The notes under the pieces were generated by a model that ran no database searches, had not been told where the DNA came from, and saw nothing but the letters and a program-made list of their open reading frames with translations. Both the position numbers and the translations under genes were made by a program. Source: Candidatus Eiseniibacteriota bacterium (GTDB lineage Bacteria > Eisenbacteria > RBG-16-71-46 > CAVPCR01). Taken from it: a stretch of DNA of 64,000 bases. Below, piece by piece: positions 37,824 to 48,020 of the stretch; within the stretch, counting starts at the first letter, position 1; every line of letters starts with the position of its first letter. Location of the stretch: NCBI GenBank assembly GCA_963702435.1, contig CAVPCR010000005.1, positions 288,001 to 352,000 on the forward strand. Reading direction: 5' to 3'.

Positions 37824-39481
37824 GCCTCCTGCCCTCCCCTCTCCCCGGGCGCTGCATCGTTCATCACGCCGTTCTTCGCATCGTTTGCCGCATCGTTCAT
37901 CACGCCGTTCGCTGCATCGTTTGCCGCCGCCGCAGTCCCTGCTCCGTCCCCCAGCGGAATGCACACGCGGAAGGTCGCACCGAGGCCCGGCGTGCTCTCC
38001 ACCGTCGTCGTGCCGTCGTGCTCGCGCACGATGCTGCGCGAGATGAAGAGCCCGAGCCCCGTTGTTCCGCGGGTCGAGAAGAAGGGCTCGAATATCCGCT
38101 TCTGGATGTCCTCCGGGATGCCGGATCCGGTGTCGGTCACCGCGAACTCGATCGCCGGCCGACCCCGCAGCTCGGACCGCCGGGCGGCGAGTCGAAGCTC
38201 GCCCCCCTCCGCCATCGCCTGGATCCCGTTCACCGCCAGGTTCAGGAGCACCTGCATGAGCCCGTCGCGTTGCCCGTGCATCGGGGCGTCCCCGGCGGCG
38301 GCGTCCACCGTGAGGCGGATGCCCTGGCGCCGGCACTCGAGATCCACGAGCGCTGCGGCTTCGCGCAGGAGATCGTCGCCGGCGATCGGCTCGGAGATGG
38401 GCGGCGAGGAGCGCGACGCTGAGAGAAAGCGCTCGATCGTGCGCGTGATGCGATCGATCTGGGCGAGAATGATCTCCACCTCCCGCCGCGCTCCCTGGTG
38501 ATCGGTCACTTCACCCAGAAGAAACTCGGCGCGCCCGCGCAGCACCCCGAGCGGCGTTCCGACCTCGTGCGCGAGATTCGAGGTGAGCTGCCCGAGCGTC
38601 GCCATGCGATCGAAGCGACGGAGCCCGCGCTCGACCGAGAGGCGCTTCTCGGCCTCGCCGATCAGGGCCTCGCGTGAACGGGCGAGGTCCTCGGCCATGC
38701 GGTCGAACTCCCCGGCGAGCCGGCCGAGTTCATCGCCGCCGGCCTTCGCGGCAGGCGGCTCTCCGCTGATGGGCACCTCCTCCTCGACGGCCACCGCGGC
38801 GAGGGGATCCCCGGGATCGGGCCCCGGCGACGCCGCCGCCGCCGGGGCCCGGCCCGGGAAATCGGCGTGGCGGAGCGCCGCGACCTTCCGGATCAGACGG
38901 TCGATGGGACGCGAGACCGCGCGATTCACGATGAAGAAGACGAGCCCCGCCGTGAGCACGCTCGAGGCGACGAGCGTGATCAGGATGCCGAGCCGCTCGC
39001 GGCTCAGGTCCGCATCGAGATAGGCGGTCAGGTGGTACACGGCGAGCACCGCGCTGGGGCGCCCGCGGCGGTCGAGGAGCGGCACCGCGTAGGCGAACAC
39101 GCGCTCGCCGCCCACGTCGACCATGGCGTGCGCCGGCGCGAGATCCACGATCACCTGGTGCGGGTCGGGCACCGGCGGCCCCGAGAGCGGGGGCAGGCTC
39201 TGCGAGCGGATGAGGGGGCGGCCGTCGGGTTCGTAGATCGCCGCGCCGAGAATCCGCTGGTGGCCGAGGCCGTCGAGGAACTCCCGCACCTGGGTCGAAT
39301 CGTGGCGCACGAGCGCGAACTCGACGGCGGGTTGCAGGGTTGCCACCGTGATCCATGTCTCGCGCTTCATCCCGTCGAGGAGATCGCGCTTCTCCTCGCG
39401 GATCGCGAGCACCCCGAAGATGGAGGTGACGAGCACCGAGGCGGCGATCAGCGCGAAGCTCAGGCGGTAGCCGAGACGCAT
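37802..39481 (-). CDS. membrane sensor histidine kinase (HAMP, HisKA, HATPase)
   Basis: two TM helices; AHEVGTPL H-box; NLAVNG, DTGSG, FEPFFST and GLGL boxes. Confidence 0.93.
   Translation of the reverse strand: MRLGYRLSFALIAASVLVTSIFGVLAIREEKRDLLDGMKRETWITVATLQPAVEFALVRHDSTQVREFLDGLGHQRILGAAIYEPDGRPLIRSQSLPPLSGPPVPDPHQVIVDLAPAHAMVDVGGERVFAYAVPLLDRRGRPSAVLAVYHLTAYLDADLSRERLGILITLVASSVLTAGLVFFIVNRAVSRPIDRLIRKVAALRHADFPGRAPAAAASPGPDPGDPLAAVAVEEEVPISGEPPAAKAGGDELGRLAGEFDRMAEDLARSREALIGEAEKRLSVERGLRRFDRMATLGQLTSNLAHEVGTPLGVLRGRAEFLLGEVTDHQGARREVEIILAQIDRITRTIERFLSASRSSPPISEPIAGDDLLREAAALVDLECRRQGIRLTVDAAAGDAPMHGQRDGLMQVLLNLAVNGIQAMAEGGELRLAARRSELRGRPAIEFAVTDTGSGIPEDIQKRIFEPFFSTRGTTGLGLFISRSIVREHDGTTTVESTPGLGATFRVCIPLGDGAGTAAAANDAANGVMNDAANDAKNGVMNDAAPGERGGQEACRTGTS
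37851..37926. repeat. 36-nt tandem duplication (12-nt subunits) in the kinase C-terminal tail
   Basis: GCATCGTTCATCACGCCGTTC occurs twice; encodes AANDAANGVMNDAANDAKNGVMNDAA. Confidence 0.8.
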
Positions 39482-39625
39482 CAGGAGTCTTTGCGAAGGG
39501 CGATGGAGATCAACCGGTGGTCACCTGCGGCCGCTCCGGCGCGGGTCGCCGGGGGCGGGAACGTCGAGGCGAGTCTAGCAGGCACGCGGCTCGGATGGTC
39601 CGGGCGCGGGCTGCGATCGCGCACT

Positions 39626-39990
39626 CCAAAGAGAAGCGGGGGCGCCGGCACGCCCCGGGGGATGGGCAGCTGCGTCTTTGCAGCTGCGCCGAGGCATGTG
39701 GCGCCCCCGCACAGGATCGATCGACTGTGGAGGGAGGAGGTGGCCCCGGAGCGCGCTCTCCGGGGCCCGGACAGTCAGAGCTTCCGGCCGGGCCGGATCA
39801 GACGGCTGAACCGGCACTTCCCGCGACGGGCAACGTGACCCCCGGAAACCGAGGGTCCCGGCCGGGCCGGCTCGAACGACCGAACCGGCTAGTCAAGATG
39901 GCGAGCCCCGTTGCGCGCGCCGCGCCATCCCCGGCCCTCAGGGGGTTCGCGGCAGCGTCGCCCCTTTGCGTGCGCAACACCGGGGCCCTG
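39626..39990 (-). ncRNA. candidate structured sRNA or leader transcribed from a sigma54-like promoter
   Basis: several long hairpins; closing helix 39636-39646/39700-39710 followed by UUCUCUUUG; no credible ORF. Confidence 0.4.
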
Positions 39991-40001
39991 CAATACCCCC
40001 T

Positions 40002-40130
40002 ATCAAGCATCATGCCATGGCAGTCGTTACTGGATAACTCATTATTATACAAGTGATTAGAATAAACGAAGCGTGCGATGAGCGGTCTCGCCGGCGGGGC
40101 ACAATGCCTCAATCGGGGACAATTGCCCCG
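40002..40130 (-). promoter_or_regulatory. sigma54-like promoter with AT-rich spacer and paired enhancer palindromes
   Basis: TGGCATGATGCTTGAT (40017-40002; GG-N10-GA variant); AT-rich 40030-40068; CGGGGCACAATGCCTCA (40095) and CGGGGACAATTGCCCCG (40114). Confidence 0.55.
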
Positions 40131-40162
40131 GCGGGGCAGGTCGCGAAGGCCACATGGAGGGG

Positions 40163-40615
40163 CTAGTTGTCGAGGGCGCCCTCGGCGATCCAGGTCCCGA
40201 TCAGCTCGATCTCATCGGCCGATAGGGGGCTCCCGCCGCGCGGCATTCGCTCCCCGGAGATCGGCTCTCCGTTCGGCCCCGATCCCTCGAGCTTCCAGAG
40301 CAGGTAGCTCGTGTCCGGGCGCGCGGGGACCACCTCCAGCATGCCGCGGCCCACGGCCTCGAAGCCCGGCCCGAACACCGACTCGTAGGTGAGCACGCTG
40401 TAGCCCGAATTGCCCGGGGATCCGTGACAGCCGGTGCAGCGCGCGAGGAGGGGCTGGACCTGGGCGGCGAAACTCACGCCGTCCGCGGGGGGGGGCGGCT
40501 CGATCGGGGCGTCGGGCTTCTCCGTGCACGCGGAGAAGAGGAGCGGGAACAAGAGAAGCCAGGTGCAGGCGAGGGCCGGGTGCGCGAATCGCTTGGGCAT
40601 CGTTACCTCGTCCAT
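40163..40615 (-). CDS. monoheme c-type cytochrome lipoprotein (planctomycete-cytochrome-like)
   Basis: FSAC lipobox; VSFAAQVQPLL.RCTGCH; RMP axial Met; WIAEGALDN. Confidence 0.85.
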   Translation of the reverse strand: MDEVTMPKRFAHPALACTWLLLFPLLFSACTEKPDAPIEPPPPADGVSFAAQVQPLLARCTGCHGSPGNSGYSVLTYESVFGPGFEAVGRGMLEVVPARPDTSYLLWKLEGSGPNGEPISGERMPRGGSPLSADEIELIGTWIAEGALDN

Positions 40616-40771
40616 GAGCCACGAGTCCGCGACGGTGAGGCCGGCGGAAGCTTAGGCCCTCGGCGCGCGGGCGGTCAATCACGCGGCGCATGCTATCCTG
40701 CCCGGATTGGTCCGCTCGAGGACATGGTCCCGACCCCCTCCCACCCATTTCCTGCGTGAGGACCCGCCATC

Positions 40772-42207
40772 ATGACGACGCCTCTCGAGCCGCACCGCAT
40801 CGAACGGGACTCGCTGGGCGAAGTGCGCGTGCCGGCCGCCGCCTACTACGGCGCCCAGACCCAGCGCGCGGTCGAGAACTTCCCGATTTCCGGCCGCCGC
40901 TTCCCGCCGGCGTTCATCCGCACGCTCGGCCTCGTCAAGTGGGCGGCCGCCCGGGTCAACGCGGAGCTCGGCCTGCTCGACCCGGACATCGGCGCGGCGA
41001 TCGTCGCGGCCGCCGACGAGGTGGTCGCCGGCGAGCTCGCACGCCCAGTTCGTGGTCGACATCTTCCAGACCGGCTCCGGCACGTCGACCAACATGAACG
41101 CCAACGAGGTCATCGCCAACCGCGCGATCGAGCTCCTCGGCGGCGCGCGCGGCACAGCGCCGATCCACCCGAACGACCACGTGAACCTCGGCCAGTCGTC
41201 GAACGACGTGATTCCCGACCGCGATCCACGTGTCCGCGCTCGCGGCGATCGCGCCGAGCTCCGGCCCGGCGCTCGCCGGCCTCGCCGCCGCGCTCGCCGC
41301 GAAGAGCCTGGAATTCGCGGACATCGTGAAGATCGGGCGCACGCACCTCCAGGACGCGGCGCCGGTGACGCTCGGGCAGGAGTTCTCCGGCTACGCGAGC
41401 CAGGTCGAGCAGGGGATCGCGCGGCTCGAGCGCGCGGGAGCGCCGCTCAGCGAGCTCGCGCTGGGCGGCACGCGCCGTCGGCACCGGCCTCAACGCGCAT
41501 CCCGAGTTCGCGCGCCGCGCGATCGGCGCATCTCGCCGCGCGCACCGGCCTCCGCCTCCGCGAGGCGAAGAACCACTTCGCGGCGCAGGCCGCCTGCGAC
41601 GCCGCGGTCGAGGCCTCCGGCGCGCTCAGGACCATGGCCGTCGCCCTCATGAAGATCGCCGACGACATCCGCTGGCTCGGCTCCGGCCCCCGGCTGCGGG
41701 CTGGGCGAGCTCATCCTCCCGGCCGTGCAGCCCGGCTCGTCGATCATGCCCGGGAAGGTGAATCCGGTCATCGCCGAGTCAGCGATCATGGCCGCCTGCC
41801 AGGTCATCGCCAACGACCTTGCGGTCACCCTCGGCGGCATGGGCGGGCAGTTCGAGCTCAACACCATGCTGCCGCTCGTCGCCTGGAATCTCCTCGAGTC
41901 GATCGACCTGCTCGCGGCGTCGGCGCGCAACGTCGATGTGCGGCTCGTGGGCGGCCTCGGCGCCGACCGCGAGCGCATCGCGCGGATGATCGAGGACTCG
42001 CTCGCGCTGGCGACCGCGCTCGCACCCGCCCTCGGCTACGACGCGGCGGCGGCGATCGCCAGGGAAGCCGCGGCCGGCGGACGCACCGTGCGCGAGGTGG
42101 CGGCGGCGAAGGGGGTGCTCGCGGCGGCGGAGATCGATCGGCTCCTCGATGCGCGGGCGATGACGCGAGGCGGCATCCCGGGTAGCCGGGCGGGGACCGC
42201 CGGCTGA
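40772..42207 (+). pseudogene. fumC: class II fumarate hydratase, frameshifted as given (at least five +1 insertions, probably sequencing artefacts)
   Basis: [43 protein letters not shown] and [11 protein letters not shown] spread over three frames. Confidence 0.9.
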
Positions 42208-42267
42208 CGGGGCGCGCGGGCTGACGGGGCGCGCCGGCTGACGGGGCGCGCGAGCTGACGGGGCGCG
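42202..42267. repeat. 17-nt tandem repeat x4 starting at the fumC stop codon
   Basis: GGCTGACGGGGCGCGCG units at 42202, 42219, 42236 and 42253, with no spacers. Confidence 0.85.
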
Positions 42268-42312
42268 AGCCCGCGAGCCGACTCGCCCGCCGGCGGGATC
42301 CGCGCGCCGGCT

Positions 42313-43869
42313 TCAGGCCGCGGGACAGCGCCCGTAGATCGTCGCGAGGTCCTTGAACCACGCGGCGCGTTCGATGGCGACGTTCTCCCAGCGAAGGCGC
42401 CAGGCCCAGTTGCCGTCGGCCACCGCGGGCACGTTCATGCGCGCCTCGCTGCCGAGGCCGAGCACGTCCTGCATGGGCACGACGGCGAGCCGCGCCACCG
42501 AGCCGTAGGCGAGCCGAACGAGATCGGCCACCACCTCGACGTCGCCGGTGCGATGCCCGAGGTAGCGCCACAGCCGCTCGCGCTCCTCCACGCCGATCGA
42601 CGCGAACCACCCGCGCGTGGTGTCGTTGTCGTGCGTGCCGGTGTAGACCACGGCGTCCGGCTCGTGGTTGTGCGGGAGGAAGGGATCGTGCGGATCGCCG
42701 CTGAAGGCGAACTGCAGCACCTTCATGCCGGGGAAGCCGGCCGCCTTGCGCAACGCGTGCACTGCGGGCGTGATCACGCCGAGGTCTTCCGCGACGATCG
42801 GCAGCGGCCCGAGGGCGCGCGCGACGCGAGCGAGGAAATCGAGGCCGGGGCCCGGCACCCAGTCCCCGCGTTCCGCGGTGGTCTCCCCGGCCGGCACCTG
42901 CCACGACGACTCGAAACCGCGGAAGTGATCGACGCGCGCGAGATCCACGAGCTCGAAGGCGCGACGGAAGCGCTCGATCCACCACGAGTAGCCCTCGGCG
43001 GCAAGCGCATCCCAGCGATAGACCGGATTCCCCCACAGCTGTCCGGTCGGCGAGAAGTAGTCGGGCGGGACGCCGGCGGCGACGAGCGGGCGGCCGCCTG
43101 CATCGAGCCGGAAGAGGCGCTGATGGGCCCACACATCCGCCGAGTCGTCGGCGACGAAGATGGGTATGTCACCGAAGAGCCGCACGCCGCTGGCATGGGC
43201 GTGCGCGCGGAGGCGCTCCCACTGCCGCGCGAACTGGTACTGGAGGAAGGCGTGATAAGCGATCTCGTCCGCGAGGCGCGTGCGCTCGGCGGCGAGCGCC
43301 GCCGCCTCGCGGCGGGCGAGCGGCGCCGGCCAGTCCTGCCAGGCTCCGGCGTGCTCGCTCCGGAGCGCCATGAACAACGCGAAGTCCGGCAGCCATGCGG
43401 CGTTCGCCAGGACGAAGCGATCGAACTCGGCGCGGCGGCCCTGGCTGAGAAAGGTGCGGAAGGCGGCGCGGAAGAGCCCGTCCTTCCAGACCGCGACCGC
43501 CGCGAAGTCGACGCGGTCCGCGGGAAACACGGGAGGGTGCTCCACCTCCGCCGCCGCGAGCAGGCCCTCGGCGACGAGGAGCTCCGGCGAGATGAGGAGG
43601 GGATTCCCGGCGAAAGCCGATCGCGCCGAGTAAGGCGAGTGGCCGCACCCGGCGGGGCCGAGCGGCAGCAACTGCCACACCGACTGCCCGGCCGCGACCA
43701 GGAAGTCGACGAAGCCGTGCGCATCGGGTCCGAGATCGCCGATGCCGAACGGCCCCGGCAGGGACGTGGGGTGGAGGAGAACACCGGCCCGGCGCTCCTG
43801 CATCACGGCGGATGCCGGCGCGGGCCGGTTCGCGGCGGCAGCTCTGTCCTCATGCTTGTCGGGTGTCAT
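42313..43869 (-). CDS. malQ: 4-alpha-glucanotransferase (GH77 amylomaltase)
   Basis: GVLLHPTSLP, GVPPDYFSPTGQLWGNP, RVDHFRG, AEDLG and YTGTHDNDT. Confidence 0.95.
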   Translation of the reverse strand: MTPDKHEDRAAAANRPAPASAVMQERRAGVLLHPTSLPGPFGIGDLGPDAHGFVDFLVAAGQSVWQLLPLGPAGCGHSPYSARSAFAGNPLLISPELLVAEGLLAAAEVEHPPVFPADRVDFAAVAVWKDGLFRAAFRTFLSQGRRAEFDRFVLANAAWLPDFALFMALRSEHAGAWQDWPAPLARREAAALAAERTRLADEIAYHAFLQYQFARQWERLRAHAHASGVRLFGDIPIFVADDSADVWAHQRLFRLDAGGRPLVAAGVPPDYFSPTGQLWGNPVYRWDALAAEGYSWWIERFRRAFELVDLARVDHFRGFESSWQVPAGETTAERGDWVPGPGLDFLARVARALGPLPIVAEDLGVITPAVHALRKAAGFPGMKVLQFAFSGDPHDPFLPHNHEPDAVVYTGTHDNDTTRGWFASIGVEERERLWRYLGHRTGDVEVVADLVRLAYGSVARLAVVPMQDVLGLGSEARMNVPAVADGNWAWRLRWENVAIERAAWFKDLATIYGRCPAA

Positions 43870-43946
43870 CGGCGCGGCGAGTCTAGTCGCTCGTGCCGGG
43901 CAAGTCGAGCGGACTCATGCCGCGGTGCCGAGCGCGCGACCCCACG

Positions 43947-44852
43947 TCAGGGCCGGCGGCCGAGAACATGCACCAGGGCCGGCTCGAGCTCGGCATGGAG
44001 GAAGCGGTACCCGGAGGAGAGCAATCGAGCCGGCACGACGTGCTGACTCGCAAGCAGCGCCTCCTCGGCGAGCTCGCCATACACGAGGCGCAGCACCGCA
44101 GCCGGCACGGGCAGGAGCGCCGGGCGGCCGAGCACGCGGGCCAGGATGCGCGTGAACTCGGCATTGCTCACCGCCCCGGGCGCGACCGTGTTGATCGGTC
44201 CGGCGAGCCCGGCGGTCGCGATCGCATGGAGGACGACAGCCACCACATCATCGAGACCGATCCAGCTCATCACCTGCCGCCCGTTCCCGATCACCCCGCC
44301 GGCGCCGAGCCGGAACAAGGGCAGCAGCCTGGCGAGCGCGCCGCCGTCTCTCGACAGGACGATCCCGAAACGGAGATGGACGACGCGCACGCCGGCCGCG
44401 GCGAGCGGCGCGGCCGCCGCCTCCCAGTCGCGGCCCAGATCGGCCAGGAAGCCGCGTCCCGGCGCGCTCTCCTCATCGAGGATCTCGTCGCCGCGGTCGC
44501 CGTAGATGCCGACGGCGGATGCAGCGATGAAGACCGGCGGCGGCCGGTCGAGGCGCGCGAGCGACGACGCCAGGCCGCTCGTGCCCTCGACGCGGCTCCG
44601 GCGGATCTCCGCCTTGCGCTCGCGCGTCCAGCGACCCGCAGCGATGCTCTCGCCGGCGAGATGCACGACGGCGTCGAGGCCCGCGAGCGGTGCCGGGTCC
44701 TCGATGCCGCGCTCGACGCTCCAGCGCACGGAGGGGCCGGGACCGGTATCGCCGCCGCGCACGATGCGCATCACGCGATGACCGCCGGCGGTGAGAACCC
44801 GGACGAGAGCCGAGCCGACGAGCCCGCGCGAACCGGTGATGGCGACCTGCAT
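43947..44852 (-). CDS. TIGR01777-family NAD-dependent epimerase
   Basis: ITGSRGLVG, HLAGESI..RWT, SAVGIYG and RFGIVL; overlaps the upstream stop (TGATG). Confidence 0.9.
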   Translation of the reverse strand: MQVAITGSRGLVGSALVRVLTAGGHRVMRIVRGGDTGPGPSVRWSVERGIEDPAPLAGLDAVVHLAGESIAAGRWTRERKAEIRRSRVEGTSGLASSLARLDRPPPVFIAASAVGIYGDRGDEILDEESAPGRGFLADLGRDWEAAAAPLAAAGVRVVHLRFGIVLSRDGGALARLLPLFRLGAGGVIGNGRQVMSWIGLDDVVAVVLHAIATAGLAGPINTVAPGAVSNAEFTRILARVLGRPALLPVPAAVLRLVYGELAEEALLASQHVVPARLLSSGYRFLHAELEPALVHVLGRRP

Positions 44853-45895
44853 CAGGGAGACTCCGCCCGTGCCGGCCCCGGTTGAACGGAGGCCGCGCGT
44901 GCCCATTCGAACGAAGCTCCGAGATCCGTGAACACGAGCACGCCGCGGCTCGGCGCGGCCGGCGCGCCCGCGCCGCCGACGAGGAGCGCCGTCCGCCGCG
45001 GCAGGAGCCGGCGCACGCGGGCGAGCATGGCGTTCGTCGCCGGCCCGGCGGTGGCCGCCGACACGCTCAGGCCGAGAGCCTGCGCATCAGCCTCGCGCAC
45101 CATGCCCACCGCCTCCGCCACCGGCACCTCGGGCCCCAGGTAGACGAGGCGGCAGCCGCCGAGGGCGAGCGCGAGCGCGCTCATCTGCAGCCCGAGTCCA
45201 TGGGCCTCTCCGGGCAGCGTTGCGAGCACGACCGCGCGGCCGCGGGCGCGGTCCTCGAAAGGGAGCCGCATGGCGCGGAGCAGATCGCCGACGCGCTCGC
45301 TCAGGAAATGCTCGTGGCGGATCTCGAGCTCGCGGCGCGCCCATCTCTCGCCGACGGCCTCGAGGAGCGGCGCGATGCGACGCCGGAGGAACTCGAGCGG
45401 GCCGAGCTCGACCCAGGCCCGCTCGAACTGGCGCGTGAGGCCGGCGGCGTCGAAGGCGGTGACGGCGGCGAGCGATCGGGCGAGCGCCTCGTGGTCACCG
45501 GCCTCGAGACGACCATCGAGACGGCCATCGAGACGGCTCTCGCTGGCTGCGATCGCTGCCGGCGGCCCTCCCACGCCGGGGCGGCGTCCGGTCTGAGCGG
45601 CCAGCGGTGTAGCCAGGAGCTGGTCGAGCACGTCGTCGGCCGCGGCCACGACCTGGGCGGCGCGATGGCCGCGCCGGAGCGCCGCGGCGACGCGGAGGAG
45701 GCGCGGCACGGTGGACAGCGGATAGAGGCGGTGACCCGACTCCTTGCGTTCGGGATGCGGGAAGCCGTAGCGGTGCTCCCACGTGCGCAGCGTCTCGACC
45801 GGAATCCCCGTCGCGCGCGACAGCGCTCCGATCGTGATCCTCCCGCCGTGCTCGCTCTGCTCTTCCCCTGTCCGCTCGCCCGCCATGCCGACCAT
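44852..45895 (-). CDS. MerR-family regulator with cobalamin-binding domain (CarH/LitR-like photoreceptor)
   Basis: TLRTWEHRYG HTH; W-x9-EH motif (WARRELEIRHEH); GEAHGLG B12 ligand; LVGG. Confidence 0.88.
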   Translation of the reverse strand: MVGMAGERTGEEQSEHGGRITIGALSRATGIPVETLRTWEHRYGFPHPERKESGHRLYPLSTVPRLLRVAAALRRGHRAAQVVAAADDVLDQLLATPLAAQTGRRPGVGGPPAAIAASESRLDGRLDGRLEAGDHEALARSLAAVTAFDAAGLTRQFERAWVELGPLEFLRRRIAPLLEAVGERWARRELEIRHEHFLSERVGDLLRAMRLPFEDRARGRAVVLATLPGEAHGLGLQMSALALALGGCRLVYLGPEVPVAEAVGMVREADAQALGLSVSAATAGPATNAMLARVRRLLPRRTALLVGGAGAPAAPSRGVLVFTDLGASFEWARAASVQPGPARAESP

Positions 45896-46094
45896 GGATC
45901 AGTCCCGCAGATAGCGTGAGTCCGTCACTTCCGCCCGGAACCCGCAGTGTACGTCAAATGCGGCCGCCGCACCGTGCCGGCCGCCGGAAACGATCGGGCG
46001 CCGGGGAGGAGAGGATGAGAGCCGCCTTCATCCGCTACCTTACCCGGCGCCACGAAAGATCGGGGAAGCGAGCTCGCGCCTCCCACCGTGCAGA

Positions 46095-46673
46095 TTACTG
46101 GGCGGCCGCGCTCGTCTTCACCTCGGGCACGAGCACCTGGTCGATCACGTGGATGACGCCGTTCGAGGCCATCACATCAGCCTTCAGCACCTTGGCGCCG
46201 TTCACGGTGACACCATCCTTGGTCGCGATCTTCAATTCCTGGCCCTCGAGCGTCTTCGCCTTGGAGAGCTTGGACACGTCCGCCGCGGTCACCTTGCCCG
46301 CCACGACGTGGTACTTGAGGATCTCCGCGAGCTTCGCCTTGTCCTTGAGCAACGACTCGACCGTGCCTGCCGGGAGCTTCGCGAAAGCCTCATCGGTCGG
46401 GGCGAAGACCGTGAACGGTCCCTGGCCCTTGAGCGCATCGGTGAGGCCCGCCGCCGAGATCGCGGCCACGAGCGTCTTGAAGCTGCCAGCCGCAGTGGCC
46501 GTGGCCACGATGTCGGCGCCGGCCTTGGCCGGGGCAGCTGCGGTCTCCGCGCTCGTGGTCTGCACCGACGTCTTCTCGGTGCCCTGAGTCGCGCAATGAT
46601 CGGCGAAAGCCGCGGGCGCGGCCATGAGGCTGGCGAGCGCCATGCTCGTTCCGAATCGCATCCATCGCTTCAT
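46095..46673 (-). CDS. secreted fasciclin (FAS1) domain protein
   Basis: [18 protein letters not shown] and [22 protein letters not shown]. Confidence 0.95.
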   Translation of the reverse strand: MKRWMRFGTSMALASLMAAPAAFADHCATQGTEKTSVQTTSAETAAAPAKAGADIVATATAAGSFKTLVAAISAAGLTDALKGQGPFTVFAPTDEAFAKLPAGTVESLLKDKAKLAEILKYHVVAGKVTAADVSKLSKAKTLEGQELKIATKDGVTVNGAKVLKADVMASNGVIHVIDQVLVPEVKTSAAAQ

Positions 46674-46974
46674 GATCGATCTCCTTCCATCCGGATGATG
46701 ACCGGGTACCTGATTGCAAGCCGCCCGGACAGGCCGTCCGGAAGGCGGTCGGTTTCACGTCCCTGCGCGCTGTTACCCAGGATGGTCCGCCCCGGCGCCC
46801 CCCATATGACCAGAGCGGACCGCCTTCCCTGGGTAACTCGAATCGCGGCGGCCGCGACGCGGGCTTCGGGATGAGGCTGCGACCAGTTCCGTCTTTCCGT
46901 CCCGCTTGCTCCCGCTCGTCTGCCGGCCACTTACAACCCTATAGACCCGCCGGCGACGAGCAGGATTCGGCAAG

Positions 46975-46996
46975 GAAGTGAACAATATGTGAACAG
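46975..46996. promoter_or_regulatory. putative CarH operator (11-bp direct repeats)
   Basis: GAAGTGAACAA-TATGTGAACAG, both fitting nAnnTnnACAn, upstream of the fasciclin/CarH genes. Confidence 0.5.
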
Positions 46997-47016
46997 ATTG
47001 TTTCCGAGAACCCGGA

Positions 47017-47044
47017 GCTATCATTATGATATCATCTTGATAGC
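47017..47044. promoter_or_regulatory. palindromic operator upstream of the SPFH-RHH operon
   Basis: GCTATCA-TT-ATGATATCAT-CT-TGATAGC dyad. Confidence 0.65.
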
Positions 47045-47106
47045 ACACAGGCGCGCGACGCCGGCGGCATCGAGCCCGGCCGCGCCTGGTGGAAGGAGGA
47101 GTTCCC

Positions 47107-47973
47107 TTGAGTCAGGAACGCGTCATCCGGGCCCAATCGGGCTGGCTCGTCCTCATCGTCAACATCGTGCTGTATCTCGTCTCCGTTCTCACGATCGTCG
47201 AGAGCGCACGCCAGGATCGGCCGGCGGGTCTCATCCCCGCCTTCATCCTGCTCGGGCTCGCCGTGCTCGCCACGATCGGTTTCTTCATCGTCAACCCGAA
47301 CCAGGCGGCGGTGCTGCTCCTCTTCGGCAAGTACCAGGGCTCGGTCAAGACGAACGGCTTCTTCTGGGCCAACCCCTTCATGAGGAAGATCAGGATCTCG
47401 CTCCGCGTGCGCAATCACGAGAGCGCGAAGCTCAAGGTGAACGACAAGGCCGGCAATCCGATCGAGATCGCGGCGGTGATCGTCTGGCGGGTCGTCGACA
47501 CCTTCGAGGCCGAGTTCGAGGTGGACAACTACCTCGAGTACGTCAAGGTGCAGAGCGAATCCGCCCTCCGCCACCTGGCGAGCTCCTACGCCTACGACGG
47601 CGAGGAGCGCGATGTCACGCTCCGCGGCGCCACCGACGAGGTGAGCCACCGCCTCCAGGCCGAGCTCCAGGAGCGTCTCACCCGCGCCGGGGTCGAGGTG
47701 ATCGAGGCCCGGCTGAGCCACCTCGCCTATGCACCGGAGATCGCCGGCGCCATGCTGCAGCGGCAGCAGGCGAGCGCCGTCGTCGCGGCGCGCACCAAGA
47801 TCGTCGAGGGCGCGGTGGGCATGGTCGAGCTGGCGCTCGCCGAGCTCGCCAGGATGCAGGTCGTGCATCTCGACGAGGAGCGGAAGGCGGCGATGGTCTC
47901 GAACCTGCTCGTCGTCCTCTGCAGCGACCACCACACCGTGCCCGTCGTCAACGCCGGCACCCTCTATCCGTAG
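47107..47973 (+). CDS. SPFH/band-7 domain membrane protein
   Basis: two TM helices; [31 protein letters not shown] and NAGTLY; AAGGAGG RBS before TTG 47107. Confidence 0.9.
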   Translation: MSQERVIRAQSGWLVLIVNIVLYLVSVLTIVESARQDRPAGLIPAFILLGLAVLATIGFFIVNPNQAAVLLLFGKYQGSVKTNGFFWANPFMRKIRISLRVRNHESAKLKVNDKAGNPIEIAAVIVWRVVDTFEAEFEVDNYLEYVKVQSESALRHLASSYAYDGEERDVTLRGATDEVSHRLQAELQERLTRAGVEVIEARLSHLAYAPEIAGAMLQRQQASAVVAARTKIVEGAVGMVELALAELARMQVVHLDEERKAAMVSNLLVVLCSDHHTVPVVNAGTLYP

Positions 47974-48020
47974 GTCGCGATCGTGACCTCGAGCATGAGA
48001 TCGCCGGATCGGAGCGCGCC

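Noticed and set aside
39905..39990. c-di-GMP-I riboswitch (ACGCAAAG motif)
   Set aside because: Lacks the upstream GGCAAA...GAAA stem and the rest of the consensus.
40772..42207. Programmed frameshifting or phase variation in fumC and the C25 gene
   Set aside because: Too many shifts, all single insertions and mostly outside slippery or homopolymer tracts; sequencing error is simpler.
42202..42267. CRISPR-like repeats
   Set aside because: Contiguous 17-mers with no unique spacers.
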